Shown here: in pieces, positions 49,005 through 62,253 of the stretch
Layout of the letters: every line of letters starts with the position of its first letter
How positions within the stretch are numbered: position 1 is the first letter of the stretch
Assembly: GCA_029953675.1 (NCBI GenBank)
Contig: JAMWBK010000009.1
Coordinates: 248,001 to 312,000 of the forward strand
Length of the DNA: 64,000 bases
Reading direction: 5' to 3'
DNA from: Rhodosorus marinus CCMP1338
Lineage: Eukaryota > Plantae > Rhodophyta
Program-made: the position numbers and the translations under genes
The notes under the pieces: model-generated
Database searches by the model: none
The model's input: the letters and a program-made list of their open reading frames with translations, nothing else
What the model was told of the DNA's origin: nothing

Positions 49005-51597
49005 TTTTCGTTCCTCAAACCTCCTGTCCAGTTACAACACAACTATCGTACAACCACAAAGAGGATTCCGCTTTCACTCCCATGACTCAGGGACCTCGGT
49101 CCGAAACGGGTTTCATCCTAGCGTTGGGTGCGGAGCTGCTACGAGTTCGTTTCCAATACTAAGAGGGCGGTGCACTTTCGGCCCTTGCTGTCAAAACAGT
49201 TCAATTAACAATCGCTCAAGGTCCCGACTGGAACGCTCAAAAATGCCACTGTCGGAGCCCATCTCAATCTCCAGAATCCTTAGAAACTAATGTCCTACTC
49301 GCTTGGCTTGGGACATGAATTTCACTAGACTAACTTTTTCAGCTGAGTTTCGATATCTTCATTGGCTAATTAAGATTCATTGATTGATGTATTGTCCAAT
49401 CTTTTACCATAGCTCGCCTTGCCTTGGATGTTAAGGCTTACTGATTGATATATTGTCCAATCTTTTACCTTAGCTCGCTATACAAACCAGTCACAAAGTT
49501 CCTTCTTCATGGTCAGGTTCCAGTTGTGAACTCAGGAGACCTCCTCATGAGAATTCTGTATTATCATACATTTGATCTAGCGGTAGCCAGGAGCAGCCCC
49601 CCTTTTTCCCACTCAGAACGAGGGGAAGGTTCTGCCAACAGTCTGAGAGGAGGCGGAAAAGGAGTTTGAGAGGCGTGATAAGAGGAATGTTGTGTAACCA
49701 ACGCGAAACGCATTCAATTCAAACCCCGACGAGTCCAATTGCACGATGGCGGTTTATGCTTGCGAGGGATTCTCTCAACAAACTGTTGGTAGCTGATTAA
49801 AAAAAAAATTCTACTTGCAGATGCCTATTTCTTGCGTCCCTTGAAGGATTCCGACTTGCAAACCCAGTGCACGCACCCCAACCCAGCTGACCTTGGGCGG
49901 GCAGTCTAACGGAATATTCGCTCTGCCGTGGTCGGTTGGGTACGGTCAGCCCTATGCACCAAACCAAGCAGAGGTCTGCATCCTAAAGACAAGCTGAGTC
50001 TTGTCCTTGTACTCTCCAATCACCGGACGAGAGGCGCTTCCTGGCGAAACTAACGCTTCCCTTGTTTCCTCTTTCCAAGTAGTTTTTTCGACAGCTCCAC
50101 GACGTTAGCGTCTAGTCCAATGTGGAACAAAAAAAACAACGCGAATCACAGCCTCACGGGAAAAACTTCTACCACCAGACACAAAGCACAAAAACCCAAC
50201 GACAACATCCTGCGAAAACAAGGAAAAAGAGAAGCACACTTAACAATCAATACCAGACGACAATCCAAATAATCCCCCTTCATCACCCCCCCCCCCCCTC
50301 CCTCTCCAGAAGAAGAAACTGAAAGCTCAATCACCCCTTGCTAAATCCCGTCAAAACGCCGGACATGTGACTCAAAAATGAAAATAATAATAAAATCCAG
50401 ACCGCCACGCCAGCTGTTCATTCCAACCCCCAAGGAGTTTAAGAGATCATCCTTCAAGCCAACTCTTCCCCCCGCCCCTTACTAGGAGACCCTGGAATAC
50501 TCGTGAGGAAAACAAATCCTTCCAAAATCACCTGAATCGACCGGAAATCTTACCTAAGCGAGATACTCTAATTTCGTTACCCCTAAGCGAATCTCATCAT
50601 TTGCGGGGTTTCATAATGATTACCCTTCTGATCATATCGCAAGCAATTGATATTCCAAAAAAACCATTATAAGACTAGATTGCATGTCCTTTTTTTTTGT
50701 GGGCCAGTTCTGACTCGTTTTCCTTATTTACATCAGTTTTTTATTCCGAAAAATGGAAACTGCAGATTCCTTGCGTTTTCGTTTTCGAAGAGTTACATTT
50801 ATCCAGACTCCAAAATAATAACAAAAAACAGAAAATGGGTTTACTATGCTGGATCTTCTTTCGTGCCGAACCAAACGAGATACTAAAGAGGGGTAGACAT
50901 TCTTGTAAATCATTCTCGATTGGTAGATATTTGAATAATATTTAATATTTGTTGCCGAAACAACAAAATTCGCCACCCCCCCTCTCAATCCTGCTTACCT
51001 TCCTTCTAAATCGAGTTCCGTGTTATACCGGTCTACGCACCTGTCAAAAGGATTTTTCGATATTTAAAAGAAAAACCTATTTCACCGAAAAAAAGGAGCT
51101 CGCTTTTTTAAAACTTTCTGAACTATACTCCCATTTCCAATATTGGCCCGAACACCTGAAACGTGGCATGTAGTTCCTTACCCCCCAACTATCTGCACCA
51201 TCTTGCGATACGATCCCTCCCCATGAATAAGAGTAACCCCATAGAATATTGACCAATTCATTCAAATAATTGAAATGTGTAGAAATATTTTACATATGTG
51301 AAATACGAGAATTTTATATATGTATGGGGTAAAAATACGAAACTAGAATGGGCTAAAAAAGAAATGGAAGGGGAGGGGGGATTGATTCGGTGATTTTGCG
51401 TGGAGATGAAAATTCGGGAGTGGAACGAGGAGGGGGGTGGGAGTCAGGGCTCACGGATTTGGAAGGTTTTGATGGGAGGATGTTCTACAGTGATTGGGTC
51501 TCGTTTGGGTTGCGTCCAGTTGATTGTTTTCCGTCGGAAAGAGTTCTTTTTGACTTGCTAGCAGCCTGTTTGGTGTCATCGACGCTAGCAGGGTCGG

Positions 51598-51660
51598 AGA
51601 GAGAGGAAGAGAGAGATAGAGAGAAAGAAAGACTGAGAGAGAGATATATATATATGTATG
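51598..51660. repeat. (GA)n/(TA)n microsatellite; similar tracts at about 4808-4840 and 31586-31608
   Basis: Direct reading of the sequence. Confidence 0.9.
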
Positions 51661-53593
51661 TTAGCAAACAGGAGTTTAGGGACAACTTGAGGACCTACTA
51701 GAGGTGGATTGGTAGAGTGAGGGTAGGGTGTGAAGGTTTATTGGTAGTTTGTTGTTGTGAGTTGTACTATGGTAGTTTAGGTTGTTGAAGCGGAGATGAG
51801 TCACATGTTTCAGGAGGTTTTTGCGGAGAGGATTGCGGCACCAACTCCCCTACGATGTTCATGTCTTGTATTTGAGAACGGTGTGGGTGTGCATGAGTCG
51901 GCGATGGACAAACAAGATAGGGCGTTCTCAATGTTGCCGCCGAGGACCCTGTCGAACCCGATTGTGCGCGATCAGAGGTTCAAGCTGATGAGCTCGTTCC
52001 CCCAGGTCGAGTCTGGGTGATGTTCAGTTTTGTTATATTGCGTGAGCGTCCATATGGGACGCGAACTTTCTCCCCCAACGCCGATGAAGAGTTGTTGGAG
52101 TAGAATTGTTTCTATTTCCAAGTTTTTCAGTGGAACTTGGTAGCACCCCGCCGAACTGGATTAGGGCTGTTTCTATAGATTTTGGTACCTGAAACTGTAT
52201 AGCCATTGTGTGGGGCCGGTCACTTGGATTATTGGATTATTGTTTTGTCCCTCAGCGCGCTGAATCTTCCTGAAGGTACTCTGACGAGATTATTGCAGAA
52301 CCATGCGCCGCGTGTTTATAGTATCAGTCGCTTTAATGCAAGCTTTTCACATATTAAACCTAGAGCGAAGAAATTTCTTTCGAGAACTAGTGCCGAAGGT
52401 GTGATCAGTTTCGATCTTAGAGAGCCCCGTCCTTGTTCGTACTTAAATCCAGAGGCCCTCACTTGAGGGTATATGCTGGTTCGACCAAGCAAACCTGATT
52501 GAGGAATACCTAATGAACACACGTGCTCAGACGGTCTCCCGAACGATCTTGCTCACAAGCCCACGGGTTCTCGCACTTGAAGTGAGGGACAAACGAACGG
52601 TGTGCTGAAGTAAAAAGAAAACAGTCGCCTCGATCTTGTTTTTCACAGTATCTACTCTTCTCGACGGACAATTGAAGTTAGTTTAGCAGTAGAAGAAAAC
52701 CATTAGGACCTCTTATTGCTGATGATAGAGCTCCAAGGAGCGACACATGCTAGTAGATGAACTACCACACCGGTTGGAAACGACAGCTGTAACTAATTCG
52801 TTGGTCAAACAGAAACAAATGAATAAGACACACGTGTCCTAGCGCTTGCGGGTTGCACTTCCGGATCTCCAAAGGCCGCCTATCTCTTCCCTCGAGTTTG
52901 TACGATTTTCATGCGCCCTAACAATGGACTAGTGTGCGCTTCTACTGCACGGAATTTGATTAACGCAGTCAAAATACTCATGTGATCAGGTCCAGGAGCA
53001 CTCGTACCCCCACCTTCTGCCCTGTGCTTTCCGTGCACTTGGGACCTGCCGCTGGCCTGACAAAACAACTAAAGGTGTGCTTGCTTTCGATGCTTTTTTT
53101 GTCAAGACTTGAACCTGTGAGGAATACCATGCTCCCAGCTCACAACACAGTAAGTCGTCGAAAGCGTTTCCCCAATCTATTTTCCAGTCCGCACCGCCGT
53201 TCAGTTCTACAGCATCTGCCTAAACAGCTCGGAACTGAATGCTTCTCCTGTTGCTTCTTGAAAGAGCTGTTCATGCCCGTAAATGCCTAAGAACTCGGGA
53301 ATAGTGATGAACAACTGGACCGCTCCCAAACATGTTCTCGCTCTTTAGTTCACAAGTGGGCTGGTTAAGTGTTCTCGGCTCGTAGGCAGTTCATCCCCTA
53401 ACCGTTGTGGTCTAGTGTGACTACACGTCGACTATATTTATCGCGTGCTGGTCTTCAAGGCAATAAGAAAGTTATAGAAGGAGACGTCGCTAGGGTCAAA
53501 GGGAGACAGGCGGCTACACAGAAGGTCTCCTTGTTCGCTAGGGGTTGTCTGGGAGGTGTGAATAGCCGGGTTTGAAGTCCAGCTCTTGAAGAA

Positions 53594-55583
53594 ATGGAAG
53601 AGTGGTGGAACGATCCTAAGAAAGATTCCAGAGATGCTGGGAGGACAGTCTCTGAGCGTGAAAACCCCCAACCGGAGCGACCGGGGCTCGACAGGCGTCA
53701 GAAGTCCGATACAGACTGGTGGAATAATCCTTCACCAAAAGCGACTGGTGAGGTCTTTCGACAAATGATCAAAGGCGATGCGGAGATAATAAAAAGGGCA
53801 GCAGATACAGCGGGTCAAGACCTGGCGCTCGCTACACAGGTTACCGCACGCGAGGCAGAAGCACTGAAGAAAGTGGCGCATAATGTAGGCTGAACCCGTC
53901 CTTGAATCTCGCCCTCCTAGGGAAGGATGAAGTCCTCACACAATATTCTGCTGTTTTTGTTTCCTTTAATCAAGATTTGGAAGGAAGCCCTAGCGGATAC
54001 CAGGCTTGTCGCTCAATCTTCCAGCGCACCCGCAGAACGTCCTCGTGTTAGCCGTACCTCACGAGACTCGTCACCAGGAGTTGCAGCATCAGAGGAAAAC
54101 TCGAAAGAGAAGAAGAGAAAACCAAGTCGAAGCGGAAGCTCATCCATGTCCACCTCATTAGCAACGCTGACGAGCAGGTGGGCGTTGGTCACTTATAACA
54201 TGATTTCTACTACAACTAAGGGCACGGCGCTGAAACTTGTCGGCGTTTTGGCTCTCCACTGCGTTTATCAAGTGAATGCGATGCAAAGGGCCTATGTACA
54301 GTGGAAAAGAACATTCTGAAAGGTCTCGCAAGGAGCGCGAAGAAGACAACGGTTTTGTCTATATTTAAGAAACTTGCCGCAATGTGCACTGAGAAGGAGC
54401 CAGAAGACGGAGTCCCGGAGGAAGAAGCGAGGGCACATGGCTCCAATGTTCGGATTAGAGTGCTGTGCTTGTCGCACTTGCTCCTGCTCGAGATGGTAGA
54501 GTCTGATCTCGAGCAGTATAGAATTGGCCTTGTGAAAGGTACTTGGTTGTCGATCTACAATAGGAGAGTGACTCAGAGGCTTGACTGAGCACCTGACTGC
54601 TTTCTCGCGATCTGAACCATAGGCGTCGGTGAACCTTGGAGCGAGGTCCTAGACAGTCCCTCCTGGGAAAGGCAGGTCAACGAGTACTCAAAGTTTTTGA
54701 AGATGAAGGTGACCCTATTGCTTGATATTCCAGAGCTCGAAGGAAACTATTCCCTGCAAAGGTAACGAAGATCAGCGAGGGTTTGAGCCAGAATGACTTG
54801 GAAGAAATATTTTTGCTCACCGTGGAGTGCCCGTGTTTTTTCTTCCTTCACTTTTCTCCTTTCAGATTTGAGTTTCGAACTAGAATGGAACAGCGAGACC
54901 GACCCAGACGAAAAGCAAACTCAAGACGACTAGATGAGGTAAACTCTCTCGGAGAGTTCTGGTTTTTTGGCGTCGGTGAGACTGATCGCCGACATTTTTT
55001 TTTTTGTCACTGCGCATTGTGCAACGTTCCCAGATCTTCTCTGTTGCCACTGGTGACGTCGTTCTGCGATGCGCTGATATTGCGCAGGAAGTCTTATCAC
55101 AAATTGAACATCATAAGTTTCGTGGCGAGTTGAAGGGATTTTGCTGTGCCCTGCTGTGCTTGGAGGTGAACAATCTACTGCTCTTCGTGGGGCAAATTGT
55201 GCAACGATGTAAAAACGACGCAGGAGATCTTGGGGAGAGGTTGGTTTATCCCAGTACTTTTCCCTAGCGTCTGTGCAAGTGCTCGACTTGCGTCGATGGA
55301 CGAAGATAGATAATGGGCGTTATTTACTTGGCTCTTCTGTAGAATGAACAGGGCCCGTGGCGCACTAGACGCAAGCGTAGCCTTCCTGCACAGCATCTTC
55401 TCAACTTCTGAGCTGTCCGAGAACACACTCATGGCCGACTTGGAAACCAGTCTCTCCGAGCCGTGGAGTCGGGACACGCACAGAGTCATTTCAACTGATG
55501 AAACAGATTTAGAATGCAAGTTTTCTACGTTCGCTGACCTCCACGAAGCGCTAGTCCCACGGTCACGTCTACCGTACGAGTAG
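53594..55583 (+). CDS. ANTH/ENTH-like domain protein (multi-exon)
   Basis: IRVLCLSHLLLLE and VNEYSKFLKMKVTLLLDIPELEGNYSL resemble Sla2/HIP1-type ANTH helices; low-complexity N-terminus. Confidence 0.5.
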
Positions 55584-55640
55584 CGACTGGTGATGTTCTG
55601 ACAGAGTGTACACAGTGTATAAATCCGGCCACGGTCATTA

Positions 55641-56150
55641 TCATTTCATCCCCAAAGCCCCAAGCAGTATCTGCGACGCCGCACTGGGCATGAGCACGAC
55701 GCTGACGCTCTTACAATTGAGCTTCTCAAAACCATCAACCAGTTGGGAGCGCAGTCTGTCTTTGTCATACTTTCTTGGAGCGCTCGACCGCGACGGGGAT
55801 TCTTCAGGGACCGACTGAGCATTCATACGTCGTGGTCCTTCCTCAGCTGCTTCGAGTGCTATACAATTGCGAAATAAGAAATCTTGTACGGGACGTGGAG
55901 CACCCCAATTCAACCTGTCCCGATTGGAACAGTACTTACCCTACCTCCGGGACGAAAAACGCTAGGGGTCGTTCTCACGCAGCGACAGTACTGCTCTGCT
56001 AATTGAAACACCCTCATCATCTTGAGTTGAGGTAATTCTTACAGTCTCTCATCCGTGCTAAAGTCAACAGAGCTTGAGCAGACCTCCAAGAACTAGTCGA
56101 AATGTTGATCTTCATCCACGTGTTCAAAAAAACGATCGTTTTGATGCCAT
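55641..56150 (-). CDS. Hypothetical protein
   Basis: Last-exon frame ...KYDKDRLRSQLVDGFEKLNCKSVSVVL...*; upstream exons unresolved. Confidence 0.3.
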
Positions 56151-56725
56151 TTTATCGGTATGTCTTTATATCATTCTCCTCGTCAGAATCGCATCTTAAA
56201 TTCTATAAAACAATTAATTCTTTACCGCCTGTCTAGGATAACCGCAGACAGGCGAAAGCGTGAAGCAGTTAGGGTTCTGACCGGCGCTCCGGTAACCTGT
56301 TCATGGACTGCAGGGATTCTTGCAGGCTGTGTTCGAGTAGAGATGGGGACAGAAACGTAAAAGCAGCAAAAAAGCTGATTAATGAAGGATGATCTTAATA
56401 GAGCGTCTGAAGAAGGTGGTTTGGAGCGCTGGAGAGCAGAATTAGATTCAGCCGAAGTACGACCTGCACGTAGGGCTAGGGTTCTCCATCGATCACGTTG
56501 GTTTACCGCTGGTTTTGCACTGGTGAGTTGCATAAACGCACTCGAGATTTTGGTTCTGAAGCCTATACTGAGTGATGCTGTGCGGGCGGGCGTTCAAGTC
56601 AGCTCTTTGATCTCTTGGAGGTTCGACCTCGTGTCTGACTGGCTGCTTTCACCATCGCTACATCCTCTCGAATCTGAACACCTACGAAGGGAATCAACTG
56701 GGGTGGGGGTCAAAGGTCCTAGAAC

Positions 56726-58038
56726 ATGAGAAGGTCAACGAAATTTGTGCTCTCAGTTCTCGTGGCCCTGATTGCTGCTTGTCTGAACGGCTTGTTCGGT
56801 AGTGAGAAGTTTACCAGAATCGATCTACGGGCTTTAGATTCTGTCAATTCCAAGTTCGAGGAGCGGGTAGTTGCCTGTATGCCAACAGTTTCCAGACCCA
56901 AAGGAGCTAGCTATGTTGATGCAGCCGCTCGTACGTTTCGTGAGGTGAGGACCTGAATCTTGGCCTTCGCAGGACGCGCAAGGAGGGAGAAAACTCATGG
57001 ACTGTCTTCAAGTTCGTTTCCTGCAGGTTACAAGAAATAGTCCATACTTTCGCCGTCTCGTTATTTTCGTAATGGATCTCGAGCCGCAGAAGAACGTTGT
57101 CGTCCAGAGGCTGAAGAGAGCATCAAAGGCTCGAGCTCACAGTTGGCTAACCGTTCTCGATGGTGAGAGACGACATGCGAAGGATCCTACCAGGAGAGAA
57201 CACGGAGACCCCCCTGATAGGATCACGTGGAGGTCCAAGGAAGCGCTGGATTATGCAGAAACGTTGGAAAGGTACTTGTTCAATTGAATTTCAGATTGCG
57301 CACGGTTCCTTGGATTCCAAAGGGACAATCCGCGAGTAGAACGATCGATCATCCCAACATCCAAAGTCGGAGGGCAGCGATCCAGAAGATCCCCGAAAGC
57401 TTCTGCTCCAACTGATCAAAAGATCAAAGGAGACTAGAGTTCAGACTGTTCGAACACATCAAGAGAAAACTCACAGCAGATTTCCTTGTTTGCTCTGCAC
57501 TTCTTGCTCCTCTTCAGGTGCATAGAAATCGCTGGCGATGTGAGCTACATTCTGGTTGTTCAAGATGACGTTACATTCGGACAGGAGTTTAAGGACATCG
57601 CCATCTGGGCTGATCGATTGCATCGCAGGCCGAAAAGTAGAATCTGCGCGCTCTCGCTTTTCGATATTTCACAGGTATGAGTCCGACAGGAAGCGAACGT
57701 AAAGCCGATGCATGGCTAGAAGAGGTCACCAAAGGAACACAGAGCTGAACCCTGACAAGCCTCGCCTGGCTGTTCCCTGTCGCTATGTTGACCAGAGAGT
57801 AGACTCAAAACCTGAAAAATCCTCTAATATGGTAGCGAAGCTGTACAAACCAGCGGTTGCGAAAGAGTTCGTAGACTACGCGAGATCGATGTTTGATCAT
57901 AGCCCTATCGACTGGCTCCACCGTGACTTCTGCGCCGCTCGGAATCTCCAGATTCTGGTCAAATATCCTAATCCAATTGACCACAAAGGAGTCGTGTCGA
58001 CGTTTGAGCGGAACAAAAGAGAGACCATGTCACAATAA
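56726..58038 (+). CDS. GT54/MGAT4-like type II membrane glycosyltransferase
   Basis: N-terminal anchor FVLSVLVALIAACL; TWRSKEALDYAETL, YILVVQDDV, PIDWLHRDF and PIDHKGVVSTF. A possible extra upstream exon lies at 56382. Confidence 0.7.
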
Positions 58039-58197
58039 CTTCGCTTTTTTCTGTCTTGCTCGCTTTGTTTTTGTATTATATTATTCAGCGGACAACCAAA
58101 AAGGACAGCGTTCCGGTCCATCGAAAGAGATTTTCTTGCTCATGTTCATCCTGAGATCAGAAGCGTTTGAAACGACCTGTTGTCGAGAGGATGCGAC

Positions 58198-59195
58198 TCA
58201 AACGGCGACATCGGCTTCATTCAATGCCTGGGTTCGATCTAGCGTGATTCTCCTCTGCTTCGCATCTTTCATTCTCATCTCGCTTAGCTGTGTATGTTTG
58301 GCATAGTCGCCGCGCTTTCTTGGAGTCAACGATGCCTCTAAGGATGTTCAATGACAATTACCACGTAGTCCGTCTTTTAGAAGAGAAGTCGGAGAAACTA
58401 GGAATCCCTACGCATCAAAGGTGCTTACCGTTCTCACCATGGATCAAGTTCTTCGATGTTGTCTGCTATGGTGGTTAGAGAATGGAAGTTAGTCGTAGTT
58501 GAATACAAACCCGCTGTGAGGTGCTGATCTTGGGCAGCGATACCTCAGGAGTCTGGGTTTTCATCTCCCAGGTGATCGGACGTGCCAGCGAGGCTTCGAG
58601 ATCGAACTTCAGGGAGCTCCTCCTTCGTAAAAACTGCTTACGCGCTTTTTTCTCGCTGCCGGTCAGATGTGCAACTCGAGGCAAGTTCGACGCAGCGGAA
58701 CTGTTCTCGACTCCATTGACATCTTCGTTTGGGCAGGCAGTTCCGTGATTGTGCTTTCGGCCCTGGTTCGACTGCTGCACCCCAGCTTGCAAGACACCGT
58801 TGACTTTGCATTGAGTCATGTCCCTGAGTTTCAGGAGAGGCAAGCATGTCTAACGTTTAGCTGGTGGGTGAGTTTTCCAAGGCAACAGATTGCTCATTGA
58901 CTCGCATACTGGCGTACCCAGCAGAGCAAATTTCGCCCTCAACTACAGCAATGGAAGGGTAAAGACATTCAGACCTCAGTGAGTATGAGGACTTCAGGCT
59001 CTGCGACGGCGCTGTTTGAAGGGCGCCCTGGATCTTGTCAGGTTGTACGCCCCTCGCAGCAAGATCAGCAACTATCACAACGGTCTTCTGGTTTGCGGGG
59101 ATTCCATTCAGCTTTGCTAGGGTTTGTAACTCCTTGCGGGAAAGCCCAAGCAGCCTCGTCTCCAGTGAAGGCGTCAGAGTCTTTTTCTTGGGCAT
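58198..59195 (-). CDS. NuSAP-like (nucleolar and spindle-associated) protein
   Basis: N-terminal SAP-like LSRKELQTLAKLNGIPANQKT and C-terminal KFDLEASLARPITW, resembling NUSAP1 KFDLKASLSRPL; basic tail. Confidence 0.6.
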
Positions 59196-59786
59196 TTTCC
59201 GCGATAACGTTCCCAAACCCCCTCAAGATTCAACCAGAATCACAACTACGACCAGCTATGGAAAGGCTTCCTGCACATTACAAACCCGATCATACTTCTG
59301 TTCACGAAGATCCGAACCTATCCCAACTCCCCCCCCCCAGAAAACTCTCTGAACCTGACTGGTCGCTCATCGGGCAAGCGAATTTTTCTAGCCGTTCGAA
59401 CGGCTAGAATCCTTGAAAATTCAAAAATAACCCTCAAAATTTGCATCGAAAAAAAAGATTGGACATTTTCCACCGAAAATTTATTCATTATTTACATACG
59501 CGGGATTCGGCCGGGTTGCTTTCTCGGAACCCCATAGTTGGCTTCGCGCTTATGTACATGACGGGTTAGGTATGTGATCTCGGTCCATAAGCCGTAGTAC
59601 CGATTCGCTAGATCTAGATTACAGTAATATGGAATTCCTTAGTCAGAGGATTCTGTCAAAAAAGACCCTCCACAGAGAGTCCGGTCGTTCGTTGATTGAA
59701 GCCTGGTCCCAGAGGCAAAATTTTGAGGCTCCTCCCCCCCCGAAGGACTGCGTCCCAGTGGGAGGAGAATCAGCGCACGAGAATTC

Positions 59787-61195
59787 CTATCTTCTTCTGT
59801 GGAGGAGTATCCTAGTCAGGTTCTCAAGGGCTATTCTAGAGCTCGATTCGTCAAATTTGGAAAGCGCCTCTCGAGCCCTGAAGGCATGTTCTTCTGCCAT
59901 TTTTACCGTCTGTTCAACGCCGTTGGATTGCTTTATCTTCTCCAAAGCATATTCGACGTCTCCATCGCGTTGAAATCTAACACCATCACGTACGTTATTG
60001 CTTGTTAGCGTTGGCCATGCTTCCTAGCAAACTGAACAGGCAGAGTCCAACTCACCTCCTCTTTACGTAAGCTTGGAGTTCCGGAAACTCCTTCATAGCG
60101 AACAAAACCGGACCTGTCGAGTTACCAGATCTAAGATCCGCACAGGTAGGCTTTCCAAGCTCCTCTTCAACCGCGGTAATGTCAAGAGCATCGTCTATGA
60201 GCTGGAAACAAAGACCCAGATGTTTTCCAAACTCAAAACCTGCATCACAGATCTGGATTGATGGTTCGCGACAAATATCCATTAAGACAAGGGCACTAAA
60301 TCGTCAAGCTATTAACTATGGTGAGCACCGCGGGAATGCTTACTTCATGCCGCTGGCCTCCTAGCATTAGCACCGCTCGACACGAGTTGGCGATCAACGA
60401 TGCGGTTTTATGGTAAGTCTTCTCCAAATAGACCTTGAAATAGTCCTCCCAACCTGAAGCCTTCGTTGATGATACGTTAATCTGGATAACTTCCCCTCGA
60501 ACCAAATTTTCTATAACCTTTTTATTTGCAGAGAAAAGCGTTCTTCGTTAGCGTTCGTCGATGACGGGTGTGCTTCAGCGTCCCGAGCTGGAAGCGCAGG
60601 CGAGTAGAAGCAATGGCGAAGAAAAGGAATCCCTTTTGGGGCTTACTTGAGCGAGAACAGAGACGACGTCGCAATTATTCAACCTAGCGAGCGCCGCTGA
60701 TGCTCTGGCGAGGACGAAGTCTCCTGCAAGGACCGCGACATGATTTCCCAGCATAGAATTGACTGTCTTCGCACCTCGCCTCGTGTCTGACACGTCGATG
60801 ACGTCATCATGGAGCAGCGATGCTGTGTGAATCATCTCTGTGATTTCGGCCAGTCGTCTCTGAGAAGGAAGCACGATTCCGCCACCCGCAGCACTTGCGA
60901 GGAGAAGCATCGTGGCGGGCCTGAACAACTTCCCACTTCGCTCCAAGAAGTACCTCGCCGCTCGATCCAGAGTAGGCACTCCCGAAATTCTCACCGTCTC
61001 CTGCATCGCCAAACTGATATCCTTTAGCTCCGCTGAAAACACCTGAAACGGATCCAAACCACCACCCTTCACATCATTCAAAGAGGCAAAAACCTTCTCG
61101 CTCTTCTTCGCTTCAACAGATAACGATCTTACCATCAAATTCCTACTCCTCCCCAATCCCAACCTCCCAACCAATAAACCATTCACTCCTGCCAT
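59787..61195 (-). CDS. PDSS1: Long-chain trans-prenyl (solanesyl/decaprenyl) diphosphate synthase, COQ1/PDSS1 type, likely mitochondrial
   Basis: GKLFRP, EMIHTASLLHDDVID..RRG, KTASL and FQLIDDALD...LGKP; Arg-rich presequence. Confidence 0.92.
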
Positions 61196-62253
61196 CCTTG
61201 TCCTCAAAAAGCCTGAGCCTCAGGCAGCTTGTGGTAGTACGTCAACACCGAAAACTCCCTACCAACCCCACTCCTCTCATTCACATACTTTCACTTTGCA
61301 GATTTCTATACTAATCCACTCTTAGCTCGTCAAAAAGTTGCTCGCATCGTTCATCCTTCCAACTGATCTCTGCCCTAAACAACTTTGCCATCCAACGTTT
61401 ACGTCATCACGAGAGTAAACGGGCAATCCATCGCCTGGGGAGGACCAAACTTGTCAATGTCCATTCTACCGTAGGAGGCGGTTAGTAGTTGTCGAGGTCA
61501 TCAGACTGATGTCTCACTAAGAAGAACGATGCACGATGTCGTTTTGGATTCCCTCTCAGTTTTTCTGATGCAAAAAGAGGAATGAATCTTTGCTTTCGGC
61601 AGTCGGGAAAGGGCCACCGTCGGTTATGTTATGCAGAGAATCGGGCATCGGTAATGGCATCGTCTAGACTCGCTTGTGATTGAGTCGTTCCGGTTTCTCG
61701 ATGAGAAGGGAGCTGCTTGGATGAAGAATGCTTGAGTGAGCGCGAGGCTGCACTTTCTGGTCTGTACACGGCTATGTGCTTCGTGCTATGCCGCGTGTAA
61801 CGCCGCATCGTCGTTTTGAAGCGCGTAACATTGCGTCTTCAGTAGTTTAGTGCTCAGAGCAGCTAGTCTGAGCAAAGCGCTTCTCTTGTCTTGATGACAT
61901 TCTATATGTTTTTGGAATGGTGGAACCGCTTACTAGAGTGTGTTGGCTGATGTCGAGGACTCAGATCAGATCTGCTGCTTCAGATAAACTTTCTCCACCA
62001 CCTCTCTTTGGCCTTGGTCTGCCCTGCGTTGTCAATTCTGGAAGCCTTCAAGGTGCTCTCAAAGGGGCCTTGGAAGTTAATGGGAGTGCAGTGATGTCTC
62101 GCCTACGCGGTTGATGTTCCCTCTCAGTTTTGGCAGCTCACAGTTTCCTTTTGGATCTCTCCTCCGTTAAGAAACGTACTGCGGACGGCGTGCCTGAGTT
62201 TGATACGGATGCTCGTTTACTTAAGACCTTAGTCGAGGGTATCGGTTTGATTC

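Noticed and set aside
49010-49320. Bicistronic MOCS2A (MoaD) ORF upstream of MOCS2B, as in animals
   Set aside because: No frame ending in the Gly-Gly motif. The upstream frame has stops and at most weakly resembles decayed integrase.
51796-53300. Definite gene call for plus-strand frames (51796-52020, 52206-52466)
   Set aside because: The leader skew suggests a gene, but I could not assemble an in-phase model or recognise a family.
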